Positions 46,728 to 55,956 of a stretch of DNA of 64,000 nt are shown here, piece by piece. A program made the translations under genes and the position numbers. The number at the start of each line of letters is the position of its first letter. Positions within the stretch are counted from its first letter, which is position 1. Where the stretch lies: the NCBI GenBank assembly GCA_041697335.1, contig JBGUGD010000035.1, positions 96,001 to 160,000 of the forward strand. Reading direction: 5' to 3'. The notes beneath the pieces were generated by a model. It had not been told where the DNA came from and did no database searches. It was given only the letters and a program-made list of their open reading frames with translations. This stretch comes from Vampirovibrionaceae bacterium NZW_1234 (GTDB lineage Bacteria; Cyanobacteriota; Vampirovibrionia; Vampirovibrionales; JAGQHJ01).

Positions 46728-47498
46728 ATGGCGAATTTCTCTACCCCCTTGAACCTGCCTTTATCGCAGCCGACTCCTACAGCCTCTTCGACGGCCACAC
46801 CACACACCATGAGCGTGGTGGAACACTTGGCCGAACTCCGAAGGCGCATTGTCATCTGTTTGATGAGCGTCGGCATCTCGGTTACAGCCGCCTTTTTCTA
46901 TGCCGAGCCGATGGTTAGATGTCTGGAGCGGCTGGCTCCGACCTCTACCCACTTTGTGCAGCTGGCTCCAGGCGAAGTCTTGATGGCCAGCTTTAAGCTG
47001 GCGATGTTTGCCGGAATTGGTCTTGCTTTGCCCATCATTCTGTTTCAGCTGTTTCTCTTTGTCTCGCCCGGCCTTAAGCCTCATGAAAAAAAATATGTTT
47101 TTCCCTTGTTGATTCTTGGTCTAGGCCTATTCGTCGCAGGAATCCTTTTTGGCTATTGGATTTTTTTGCCCTTAATGCTGGAATTTTTATTAGGGTTTGG
47201 GCAATCTATTGCACAACTTCAGATGAGCATCGGGGCCTATCTTAATTTCTGCCTGGGCTTTTTGTTTGCCACCGCCCTGGTCTTTCAACTACCTTTGTTT
47301 CTATTGTTTGCCTCGTTTTTGAGGCTGGTGTCTTCGAAGATACTTCTCAAACAATGGCGCTGGGCCTTAGTGCTCTGCTTTGCACTTGGAGCCATCATTA
47401 CCCCTTCGGTAGATATTTTTTCTCAGTCCGTGATGGCGGTTGCCCTAGCCGGACTCTATGGGTTTAGCATCGGTCTTATCAGAATCTTTGGTCGCTAA
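46728..47498 (+). CDS. tatC: Twin-arginine translocase subunit TatC
   Basis: EHLAELRRR, FVSPGLKPHEKK, FQLP, AIITPSVD. Confidence 0.95.
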   Translation: MANFSTPLNLPLSQPTPTASSTATPHTMSVVEHLAELRRRIVICLMSVGISVTAAFFYAEPMVRCLERLAPTSTHFVQLAPGEVLMASFKLAMFAGIGLALPIILFQLFLFVSPGLKPHEKKYVFPLLILGLGLFVAGILFGYWIFLPLMLEFLLGFGQSIAQLQMSIGAYLNFCLGFLFATALVFQLPLFLLFASFLRLVSSKILLKQWRWALVLCFALGAIITPSVDIFSQSVMAVALAGLYGFSIGLIRIFGR

Positions 47499-47642
47499 CC
47501 CAATTTAATTTCGGGCTTAAATTTTTAATAATTCTTTAAACAATATCAACAAAGTCTTAAGATTTTGTTTTTATATTAATGTAAACACTTTCTCCTCTCT
47601 TCTCGAATATCTCTCTGTTTTCTCGGATCATAAACAAGATTC

Positions 47643-47674
47643 AGCCCTTCTTCTCTCCCGAAGAAGGGTTTTTT
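47643..47674 (+). terminator. Intrinsic terminator (+ strand)
   Basis: AGCCCTTCTTC / GAAGAAGGGTT followed by a T-run. Confidence 0.7.
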
Positions 47675-47726
47675 ATAGCAACATAGATTGTCACGAAAGG
47701 GCCTTGGATTTCTGCTACTCGAAGAT

Positions 47727-47756
47727 AAAAAAACTCCCAACCTTGGGGTTGGGAGT
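47727..47756 (-). terminator. Intrinsic terminator of flgM
   Basis: ACTCCCAACC / GGTTGGGAGT with a T-run on the minus strand. Confidence 0.75.
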
Positions 47757-47794
47757 GTCTAACCGTTCCTTTCGGGTTGATAGGAAAAAAATCG

Positions 47795-48148
47795 TTACCG
47801 GAGCGCTCCGCCAATCGGGCTGTTCAAGAGGCTCTCTGCCAGATCATCATCACTAACTCTCGAAAAATACTGACCCGAGTCTACCAGGGACTTAATGAAA
47901 GCCACTTTTTCGGTGTCAAAAGATTCTTCATCGCGAAAGGCCAGCGTGGCGAAGCGGCTGACTTCACGTTCAGCCTCAAGGCGAGCATAGGCCTCAGGAG
48001 ACAAATCAGCGCTATCAATAAAGGCATTGGCACCAGCCTTGGTCATTTCGGTCTCACGACCGGCCTTTTCAACCTGTTGACTTTGACCCAACTGGGTCAA
48101 TTGCATGTCATTAATGGAATTGTTATTGCCCGAAATTCTATCAACCAT
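47795..48148 (-). CDS. flgM: Flagellar anti-sigma-28 factor FlgM-like protein
   Basis: Low-complexity N-terminus, DSADLS, DTEKVAFIKSLVDSGQY...DLAESLL C-terminal pattern. Confidence 0.7.
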   Translation of the reverse strand: MVDRISGNNNSINDMQLTQLGQSQQVEKAGRETEMTKAGANAFIDSADLSPEAYARLEAEREVSRFATLAFRDEESFDTEKVAFIKSLVDSGQYFSRVSDDDLAESLLNSPIGGALR

Positions 48149-48457
48149 TGACCACAATCCTCTCTGGTTGTTGGGGTCCTATCGCCCGAAATCTACCCAC
48201 AAACTACTGTCTTCGGTGTTCTTACATACATCATTATCTGCCCTATCTCAGGGCACATCAACTGACTAAAGGATCAGTTCTACTACGCCTGGGGTGGATA
48301 CGAGGATGTAGACCATGAGATCAATAAGCCTCCTCTGCCACCCTCAAGAGAGACATTTACCCAAGGTCCCATATGCCCTGGAAACCCATGGTCGTCTCTC
48401 GAGAATGCTTGTGTTATGGTAAGCATACTGTTGTCTCATGCAGAAAGGATGCTTCTC

Positions 48458-49318
48458 ATGCAGGAAATTCATGTGGCTCATAGCCCTGACAGCGATGACG
48501 CTTTTATGTTCTGGGCCTTGGCTCACGACAAGGTGGATACCGAAGGTCTCCGGTTCGTTCATCACCTGAGCGACATTCAGACTTTGAATGAAGCTGCCAA
48601 AGAAGGTAAATACGAGCTTACAGCTATTTCCTATTACGCTTATCCCTTTTTACAGGACAAATACGCTTTACTCTCCTGCGGATCAAGCGTGGGTAACAAG
48701 TACGGTCCTGTTGTGATCTCGAAAAAACCCATGACCCAAGCTGACCTTGCCGGCAAAATCATTGCAGTCCCGGGCTTAATGACCACAGCCTATCTGGCCT
48801 TAAAAGTCTGGTACCCAGACGCTCAAGTTGAAGTGGTCCCTTTTGACCAGATAATGGACAAAGTGAATGATGGTGCCTATGAAGCAGGTCTCATCATTCA
48901 TGAAGGCCAGCTTACTTACCAACAAAAAGGCTTCCATAAAGTTGTTGATCTGGGTGAATGGTGGTTTGAAGAAACCAGTCTGACACTTCCCTTGGGAGGT
49001 AATGCCGTTCGCCGGGATCTCGGTCCCGAAACCTGCCAAAAAATTGCCCGTGTCCTCAAGCGCAGTATCGAATGCGGTTTGGCCAATCGTGAAGAAGCCT
49101 TGGCTTACGCCAAAACCTTTGCCCGAGATCTGGAAGACAGCTTAATTGATCGTTTTGTTGGCATGTATGTCAATGATATGACTGTTGAAGCCGACATGGA
49201 AATCCAAAAAGCAGTTCGATTACTGCTGTTTCGCGGTTATGGGATTGGGCTATTACCAGAGAAACCTGAAATCACCTTTATTACGCCCAATGACGTTCAA
49301 AATTATGCCTTTTCATAA
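48458..49318 (+). CDS. mqnD: 1,4-dihydroxy-6-naphthoate synthase (futalosine pathway, MqnA/MqnD family)
   Basis: AHSPDSDDAFMF, DIQTLN, YGP, TTAYL, IIHEGQLTY, DLGEWW...LPLG. Confidence 0.88.
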   Translation: MQEIHVAHSPDSDDAFMFWALAHDKVDTEGLRFVHHLSDIQTLNEAAKEGKYELTAISYYAYPFLQDKYALLSCGSSVGNKYGPVVISKKPMTQADLAGKIIAVPGLMTTAYLALKVWYPDAQVEVVPFDQIMDKVNDGAYEAGLIIHEGQLTYQQKGFHKVVDLGEWWFEETSLTLPLGGNAVRRDLGPETCQKIARVLKRSIECGLANREEALAYAKTFARDLEDSLIDRFVGMYVNDMTVEADMEIQKAVRLLLFRGYGIGLLPEKPEITFITPNDVQNYAFS

Positions 49319-49345
49319 GGCTCATCCAACTCTCTAAGTACGCAG

Positions 49346-49386
49346 AATCGCCCCCATCTGGTTATCCACTTGGGGGCGATTTTTTT
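49346..49386 (+). terminator. Intrinsic terminator between convergent mqnD and thioesterase
   Basis: AATCGCCCCCA / TGGGGGCGATT followed by a T-run. Confidence 0.75.
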
Positions 49387-49401
49387 GAGTTTAGACTTAG
49401 A

Positions 49402-49815
49402 CTAGGCCTCGTTGAGGGGGGCTAGCTTTTCGACAATAATATCGGGGAAACGACGGTACATTCGCCCCTCACTACTGATCATAACCACGGTGGTTCTGGC
49501 TTCAATCATTACTTTATCTGAATGTAAATCCCGGGCTTCCTGAAAAAAAACCAGCTTGGGGGGCTCTTGCTCTACACGCGTCGTGAGGCGCAGGACATCT
49601 CCAAAGCGGGCTGAAGCTTTAAAACGAATATTTTGTTCTGTCACGGGAAAAATGATATCGTACACATCAGACATTTCTGTCATATCGACACCCAGGTTTT
49701 TAAAAAAATTGACTCGGCCCATTTCAAGCCACTTGGCGTAGGATCCGTGCCAAACCACCCCGTAACAATCCGTATCAAAGATGTGAATATCGTAGTTAAA
49801 ACTGTACTCTTTCAT
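49402..49815 (-). CDS. Acyl-CoA thioesterase (YbgC/4HBT family)
   Basis: DTDCYGVVWHGSYAKWLEMGR, ARFGD. Confidence 0.9.
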   Translation of the reverse strand: MKEYSFNYDIHIFDTDCYGVVWHGSYAKWLEMGRVNFFKNLGVDMTEMSDVYDIIFPVTEQNIRFKASARFGDVLRLTTRVEQEPPKLVFFQEARDLHSDKVMIEARTTVVMISSEGRMYRRFPDIIVEKLAPLNEA

Positions 49816-50002
49816 GTAAAATTAAAACATAATCTAAAACCGTAACATGACAGGTTGGTGAGTCTCCGGTACAGGCTCAAACGTTTGTTTTATGACATCA
49901 TGGATGTCCCTATGAGGCCTTCTTCCAGAGAAAACGCTGAACTATTAAACCATAAAAATCACCCCAAAATGTAACGCACTATGAGGATCGGAATATCAGG
50001 AT

Positions 50003-50389
50003 ATGGAAGGCTTTAATCTGATTCAAAACTTCTTTACCCGGATGCGCTGCCATTTCTGCTCGACCCATTTAAGCCCTGACGGGGTCGAGCTGATTCGTCA
50101 TGACAATGGGGTTTTTATCGTCAACGTCCACTGCACCCATTGTACCCGCCAGATGGGCATTGCCCTAGTCGGAATGGAGGGCTCCGAAGTGGTTGCTTCG
50201 GATGCACATTATGAAGACCCGGAGTTAACCGAAGCCGAACTGGAGCGCTTAGGTAATTTTGCACCCGTGAACTTTGATGATGTGCTGGATGCTCATACCT
50301 TTTTTAGTGGGTTAGACTCGGGTTGGATGCAGCATTTGCCTGAAGAAATGCGGCAACTGGATATAACGCTTGAAACGGAATCCGATTAA
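50003..50389 (+). CDS. Zn-ribbon hypothetical protein
   Basis: CHFC...CTHC; C-terminal V.FDDVLDAH.F. Confidence 0.75.
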   Translation: MEGFNLIQNFFTRMRCHFCSTHLSPDGVELIRHDNGVFIVNVHCTHCTRQMGIALVGMEGSEVVASDAHYEDPELTEAELERLGNFAPVNFDDVLDAHTFFSGLDSGWMQHLPEEMRQLDITLETESD

Positions 50390-50888
50390 ATTCGGGTTCC
50401 GGATTTTCTCGCCGATCCACCAAAGCCCACAGCCCGACAATCTCAATATCAGACGAGACGGCCTTAACCGCATCAATGGCCTTTAAGAATGAGCCGCCGG
50501 TGGTAATCACATCTTCCACCAACACAACGCGTTGGCCAGGCTTTAAGTGGCCCTCCACTTGGCGACCGGTGCCATGGCCTTTAGCTTCCTTGCGAATCAA
50601 GAACCCTGGAATCGGGCTCCCTTTGAGAGCACTGGTAAGGCTGATGGCTGAAACAATCGGATCCGCCCCCAAGGTCATCCCCCCAACGGCATCAATGTTC
50701 AAAGGGGCAATGGCCTCATATAGAATCTCGCCGATCAGCCGAGCTCCTTCCGCTGACAGGGTCGTCATACGACCATCCACGTAATAGCTCGACTTTTGTC
50801 CGGACGCCAGGGTAAACTCGCCGAATTGAAATGACAAATTCAAGAGCAAATCAAACAAAGCCTTATGAGAGGTATCCAAACCATTCAT
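50304..50888 (-). CDS. pyrE: Orotate phosphoribosyltransferase
   Basis: FTLASGQKSSYYVD, RKEAKGHG, VEDVITTGGS. Confidence 0.95.
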   Translation of the reverse strand: MNGLDTSHKALFDLLLNLSFQFGEFTLASGQKSSYYVDGRMTTLSAEGARLIGEILYEAIAPLNIDAVGGMTLGADPIVSAISLTSALKGSPIPGFLIRKEAKGHGTGRQVEGHLKPGQRVVLVEDVITTGGSFLKAIDAVKAVSSDIEIVGLWALVDRRENPEPEFNRIPFQALYPVAAFLQANAASNPSLTH

Positions 50889-53653
50889 CCCAATTTCTCC
50901 TCTAGTAACTTAATTTTACGAACCAGGCGCTCACGATGCTCTTCCGATAGCACTCCTGAGGGAGCTACCAAGGCATCCCGATACAACTTTAGGGCATCCT
51001 TCCATGCCTCAGCCCTTTCAAACAACTGTCCAAGACGCATTGCCAGTGAGACTTGATTAGCTGAACCCGGTTCAGCAAGCGCATATGCTTCTGAGGCATA
51101 CACCTTAGCACTCGTCCAATCGGACTGAGCCTCACTGATTTTAGCCAGTTGCAGGTAGGATCGCATCATGTCTTTCTCAACGCCGTTGCGTTTATCATAG
51201 ATCAAACACTGTTCCATCGTGGCTTTTGCCTCGGCAAGCTGGCTATTTTCAAAATACAGGCCAGCCAGATTGTATAACGTAGACGCACAGGTTTCATTAT
51301 CCTGAAGCTCCTGACTGACCTCAAAACTCTTATGGTAATAAGCAATGGCATCTTCCGCTTGACCCGATTCGTCCAGAGTCAGCGCCAAGCGAAATAAGGT
51401 ATCTGCCCGAACCGGTGAGATCATTGTTGTTAAGTATTGGAGGCTCTTTTGATACATGGGAATTGCTTTATCAAACTCCTGCCGATACACCAGAACTTCT
51501 GCTATCTCGCTATAGGCAAGAGCTAGGGGTTCCGTATCCATATCGCCAGGGAAGCCGGATTCATAAAGGTGCTCGACCTCACGCAAGTGGCGCATGGCCT
51601 TATTGTGTTGAAAACGCTCCCGATAGAACCGGCCTAATTGACTATGAACTCGAGACAGTAAGTGAGGGGCATTCTGCTCCTGAGCAATCGCCAGAGCCTG
51701 CTCTAGAGCATGTTGAGCCTCTACAGCCTTGAGTTTACTCATACGATTCTGTGCCAAGGTCAACAAGGTCTCAACCACCCGATCTGCATCCTGATGATCA
51801 ACAGCCGACTGAAGGTGCCCCAAGAGATCTTTTTCCTTGAAATCAGACATATTCAGTTCCATCTCGGGCATCTTGATAACCGGGCGCAGACCTCCAGACG
51901 TCTTTGCCAGGATGAAAGAGTTCTCTTCTCTTTCTTCGTCAACTTGAGGCTGAGAACTTCGGGTAATAAGCTCGGCCAGACGAGCCATGTCTGCATCTGA
52001 AACACCTGATGTAGCAGCGCTTTGCTTCTTGAGAGGTGCAAGGGGGGTCTGCGTGTCAGCCACCAAAGACGACATATCACTATGGAATGCAGCCATATCG
52101 TCCGTCGACCAAGAGGATGGATCAGGTACGGGCTCATCAACCAGCTGCGGCCAAGGAAGCACCTTGTTGTCCACATGATGTCGAGCCGGGTGAAAATTCG
52201 GGTGCGACGCAGAGGTGCCATATGCATAGCGTTCTGCCGTGCCAATTTCCTTACCTGCAAAACCCGGATCCGTGGCGAAGGGATCGGTCGTCATCGCGGC
52301 CAGTTTTCGACGTTTGAGACGACTGGCATGGTAATGGGCTTCTTGGGCCAAATGCTGGGTCCTAGCCGGATAAATCCGCTCCATTAAGTGCTTGGCTTTT
52401 TCTGTCAGATAAAAATGCTGGAGCTGCGTATGGAAGCGCATTTGCTCTGCTTCAGGAATAATGCGCTTAATCTGCTCCATAAACAGCTCGGACAGTTGAT
52501 AATAAGGCTCAATCAGGTCAGGGTCCTGTTCATTGCGATAGCGGAGTTTGTCCAGCACCATCTGCGGCGGATAAACTTTCTTCAATACGGGACGCATGGC
52601 CGATTGATCCAACAGTTTAAAATCAAATTCACCACAATACGGGTTCACTTGATTCATGAGGGCCTTCCATCCCGAAGGTGGCATCCCATGCCGGACAAAT
52701 GCCATTAACATTAGAAGCTGCTGCTCTACTTCAGGCAAACCGGGGAACAACATTCCTAAAAAAAGCTGCTCTGGGCGATCAGGCATTTGATAGAGTTGTT
52801 CTGACCAGAAACGGATGTCAGGAAAACGTTCAAACAAGGTTGCAAACAGCGTCAGTAGATAAGGCTCTCCTCGGAAAAAAGGCAATAGGGGCTCAACTTC
52901 GAGAGTCGCCAGAGATTTATTGCGATAAGACTCATGAACCAGATGGCGTGCATGGTCCAGTGGCAATGGAGGTAATGCCATATGAAAGACGGCACTAATG
53001 CCGGGGTTCATATCCTGAAGGGGCAAGCTGGTCCCTGACAAGATGAGTTTGACATTGGGAAACGACAAAAGAAAATTGAAGGCCTCTTTCAATTCCCGAG
53101 AACGTACCGTCTGATCCGGAGTGACCAGATACTCCATATTGTCAATGACGATGAGAATGGGAAAATCCTCAACCTCAATAAGCAGCCGCTCCAATGTCGC
53201 AATAGGATCGGCTTCATGAATTGTATCGTACTGACCTTCCCCTGCGGCCCGACAAATATAGGTCAAATATTCCACCAAGAACCTGACAACTTCATCGAAA
53301 TCCGTATGGCGAGAAACATCAAACCACAAGAGCTGTTCTTTTCCACCGCCCATCATCTCTGCCACAGCCCGAAGAAAAGAGGTCTTACCCCGCCCTGGAG
53401 GACCTGAAACCATGACAAGTTTGCTCTGAGGGTGATTGAGCACCTTGACACACTGAAGGACTTCCTGACGACGATTGTGAAACACCAGAGGCTCATAACG
53501 GATAGCGCGACGGGTTACATTTAAGGGCGATAAGGCATTACGCCGATCGCGCATCTGATAGTTTTTGCTCTGCTGACGCTTGGCAACAAACTGGCCACTG
53601 ACCAAGCGATCCAGTACATGGGGTTGAATAAAGTAGACCGGTGCAGATGACAT
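50885..53653 (-). CDS. STAND-like P-loop ATPase with C-terminal TPRs
   Basis: Walker A GPPGRGKTS, Walker B LIVIDNME, GEP, polar linker, ~7 TPRs; ATG 53653 chosen as start. Confidence 0.8.
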   Translation of the reverse strand: MSSAPVYFIQPHVLDRLVSGQFVAKRQQSKNYQMRDRRNALSPLNVTRRAIRYEPLVFHNRRQEVLQCVKVLNHPQSKLVMVSGPPGRGKTSFLRAVAEMMGGGKEQLLWFDVSRHTDFDEVVRFLVEYLTYICRAAGEGQYDTIHEADPIATLERLLIEVEDFPILIVIDNMEYLVTPDQTVRSRELKEAFNFLLSFPNVKLILSGTSLPLQDMNPGISAVFHMALPPLPLDHARHLVHESYRNKSLATLEVEPLLPFFRGEPYLLTLFATLFERFPDIRFWSEQLYQMPDRPEQLFLGMLFPGLPEVEQQLLMLMAFVRHGMPPSGWKALMNQVNPYCGEFDFKLLDQSAMRPVLKKVYPPQMVLDKLRYRNEQDPDLIEPYYQLSELFMEQIKRIIPEAEQMRFHTQLQHFYLTEKAKHLMERIYPARTQHLAQEAHYHASRLKRRKLAAMTTDPFATDPGFAGKEIGTAERYAYGTSASHPNFHPARHHVDNKVLPWPQLVDEPVPDPSSWSTDDMAAFHSDMSSLVADTQTPLAPLKKQSAATSGVSDADMARLAELITRSSQPQVDEEREENSFILAKTSGGLRPVIKMPEMELNMSDFKEKDLLGHLQSAVDHQDADRVVETLLTLAQNRMSKLKAVEAQHALEQALAIAQEQNAPHLLSRVHSQLGRFYRERFQHNKAMRHLREVEHLYESGFPGDMDTEPLALAYSEIAEVLVYRQEFDKAIPMYQKSLQYLTTMISPVRADTLFRLALTLDESGQAEDAIAYYHKSFEVSQELQDNETCASTLYNLAGLYFENSQLAEAKATMEQCLIYDKRNGVEKDMMRSYLQLAKISEAQSDWTSAKVYASEAYALAEPGSANQVSLAMRLGQLFERAEAWKDALKLYRDALVAPSGVLSEEHRERLVRKIKLLEEKLG

Positions 53654-53772
53654 GAGGGTCAAAAAAATCCTGAGAGACGTCCTTGTCACAGGTATCGGCA
53701 TCTCAGGCAATTTCTGCAACGATAGAGCGGCATTTCTACAAAACACCCGATTCCGATAAAATTGATTGTACT

Positions 53773-54504
53773 ATGGAAAATACCACAGCTTGGCAATCCT
53801 TCTTCACCGTGACCAGCGATGTTTTGGGCCTGCCCCTCAGCCCAGTCCAGCAAGCCCGACTTCAGCAGCTGTATGCCTTGATCCTTCAAGGCAATACCCT
53901 CATGAACCTAACACGTATTACCGACCTCAAAGACTTTATTGATCGTCATCTTCTAGACAGCCTTAGCCTTTGGCCATTCTTGAAAGAGGGGCCTCCAGCG
54001 TTTCAGCTAGCCGATATCGGTAGTGGCGCCGGTTTTCCTGCTTTGCCACTTGCAATCGTATTTCCGGAAGCAACCGTTTATGCCGTGGAATCGGTCCAAA
54101 AAAAGGCCCGGTTTATTGAGCAATCCGCTCTGGACTTGGGTCTGACCAATCTCAAGGTCATTGCGGAAAGAAGTGAGCTCGTCGGACAAAACCCTCGCTA
54201 TCGCGAACAATTTGACATTGTGACAGCCCGCGGCGTGGCCGCCTTGAATGTTCTCTGTGAGTTATGCCTTCCGCTGGTGAAACTGGGAGGACGATTTATT
54301 GCGCTGAAAACCCTATCGGCCCTGGCGGAAGAAGGACCCGCCGCCAAAAAAGCCTTGATAACTTTGGGGGGACATTACCAGCAGACCTACCCTTACATGC
54401 TACCCCAGCTCAAAACCCATGGGCTTGGGGTTATGGAAAAACAGAAGCCAACACCTAGACAATATCCCCGCCAGCCCGGCATACCAGCGAAAAAACCTCT
54501 CTAA
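53773..54504 (+). CDS. rsmG: 16S rRNA m7G527 methyltransferase
   Basis: MNLTRI, HLLDSL, DIGSGAGFP, TARGVA, TPRQYPR.PG.PAKKPL. Confidence 0.95.
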   Translation: MENTTAWQSFFTVTSDVLGLPLSPVQQARLQQLYALILQGNTLMNLTRITDLKDFIDRHLLDSLSLWPFLKEGPPAFQLADIGSGAGFPALPLAIVFPEATVYAVESVQKKARFIEQSALDLGLTNLKVIAERSELVGQNPRYREQFDIVTARGVAALNVLCELCLPLVKLGGRFIALKTLSALAEEGPAAKKALITLGGHYQQTYPYMLPQLKTHGLGVMEKQKPTPRQYPRQPGIPAKKPL

Positions 54505-54605
54505 GACCTCTTCTGACCTGTCCTATCGACCTGTCGTTTTGCAAATGCTTTTTCTTTATAATACAGTCACAGTTTAGTGTGGCCAGAATCCAAAAAGGAC
54601 CCATC

Positions 54606-55094
54606 GTGATTGAAATGCTTGAAAAATCTGACCCCGTAACCCCGCCAGGCTTTAATATTGAAGAAATCATGGACCTGATCCCCCACCGCTACCCCTTCCT
54701 CTTGGTGGATAAGGTGGTGGAATACTCTCCTCGCAAGTGGGCTAAAGGCTATAAAAATGTCAGTATGAACGAGCCCATCTTCACGGGCCATTTTCCCGGG
54801 CATCCGATTTTCCCGGGTGTCCTGATTATTGAGGCGTTAGCCCAACTCGGAAGCATTTTATTGAAAACCATGGATGAAGGCCAAGGGAAATTAGGCTTAT
54901 TCGCCGGTATCGACAATGTCCGATTTCGTCGGCAAGTGGTTCCTGGCGATCGTTTGGATTTGTATGTTGAGCTCTTAAAAATTCGCCCCAGCCTGGGGAA
55001 AGCCTATGTAAAAGCCTCGGTAGATGAGGAATTGGTTGCAGACGGCGAAATTATGTTTTTCTTAGAACCCCTGAATACCAAGGAGGCCCAATAA
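54606..55094 (+). CDS. fabZ: 3-hydroxyacyl-ACP dehydratase
   Basis: PHRYPFLLVD, GHFPGHPIFPGVLIIEALAQ. Confidence 0.96.
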   Translation: MIEMLEKSDPVTPPGFNIEEIMDLIPHRYPFLLVDKVVEYSPRKWAKGYKNVSMNEPIFTGHFPGHPIFPGVLIIEALAQLGSILLKTMDEGQGKLGLFAGIDNVRFRRQVVPGDRLDLYVELLKIRPSLGKAYVKASVDEELVADGEIMFFLEPLNTKEAQ

Positions 55095-55942
55095 TGACCA
55101 CGCTGATTCACCCAACTGCCATTATCGACCCCACGGCTCAACTGGGCGAAAACGTTCAGATTGGTCCGTACTCCATTGTTCACAAAGATGCAGTGATTGG
55201 TGACAATACCGTCTTAAGCTCGCATGTTGTGGTAGAAGAGCGAACGATTATCGGTCAGAACTGCCAGATCTCTTCTGGAGCCGTCTTAGGTGGCGCACCA
55301 CAGGATTTATCTTATAAAAACGAGCCCACACGTGCACGCATTGGCGATAACTGCATCATTCGCGAATGCGTCACCGTAAACCGTGGCTCCTCTAAGGCCA
55401 CTGGTGAAACCGTGATGGGTGATAATTGCTTTCTCATGGCTTATAGCCATTTAGGCCATGACGTCGCTATGGGGAATCACGTTATTTTGGCCAATGCTGT
55501 ACAATTGGCAGGCCATGTCGAAGTGGATGATTACGCATTTATTGGCGGATCCTCTGTCGTCCATCAATTTTGTCGTGTCGGCAAAATGTCCATGATTGGT
55601 GGCTTTAGCGCATCTCGCCAAGACGTTCCTCCTTTTGCTTTGACTGATGGCAAACCCTGCGCCGTTCAAGGTATAAACATTGTAGGATTGCGCCGTCGCG
55701 GGTTTAACGCTGAACAACGTCAGCGTATGAAAAAGGCCTTTTATTACCTGTGGTTTGCCGGCCTCAACCGAGTCCAGGCAATTGAGGCTATCCAAGCGAA
55801 TCTAGAAGTTGATGCTTCTATTCAAGAGCTCATTGACTTTATGCAGTCCTCAAAGCGTGGTGTCATTAGTGGCGTTTCTCGACGTCAACAGGATGAAAAA
55901 CCAGTTGACAGCGCATCGGAATCGGAACCCGCCCTGGTCTAG
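55094..55942 (+). CDS. lpxA: UDP-N-acetylglucosamine acyltransferase
   Basis: IHPTAII, PQDLSY, IRECVTVNRG, HLGHD, LAGHVEV, VHQF. Confidence 0.96.
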   Translation: MTTLIHPTAIIDPTAQLGENVQIGPYSIVHKDAVIGDNTVLSSHVVVEERTIIGQNCQISSGAVLGGAPQDLSYKNEPTRARIGDNCIIRECVTVNRGSSKATGETVMGDNCFLMAYSHLGHDVAMGNHVILANAVQLAGHVEVDDYAFIGGSSVVHQFCRVGKMSMIGGFSASRQDVPPFALTDGKPCAVQGINIVGLRRRGFNAEQRQRMKKAFYYLWFAGLNRVQAIEAIQANLEVDASIQELIDFMQSSKRGVISGVSRRQQDEKPVDSASESEPALV

Positions 55943-55956
55943 TTGAAAGGAGGGGT

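Noticed and set aside
49362..49370. DnaA-box-like TTATCCACT
   Set aside because: It is a single imperfect box inside a terminator loop, with no cluster.
50304..50389. 86-bp convergent overlap of pyrE and the Zn-ribbon gene
   Set aside because: Only the non-conserved C-terminal tails overlap, which is common in compact genomes.
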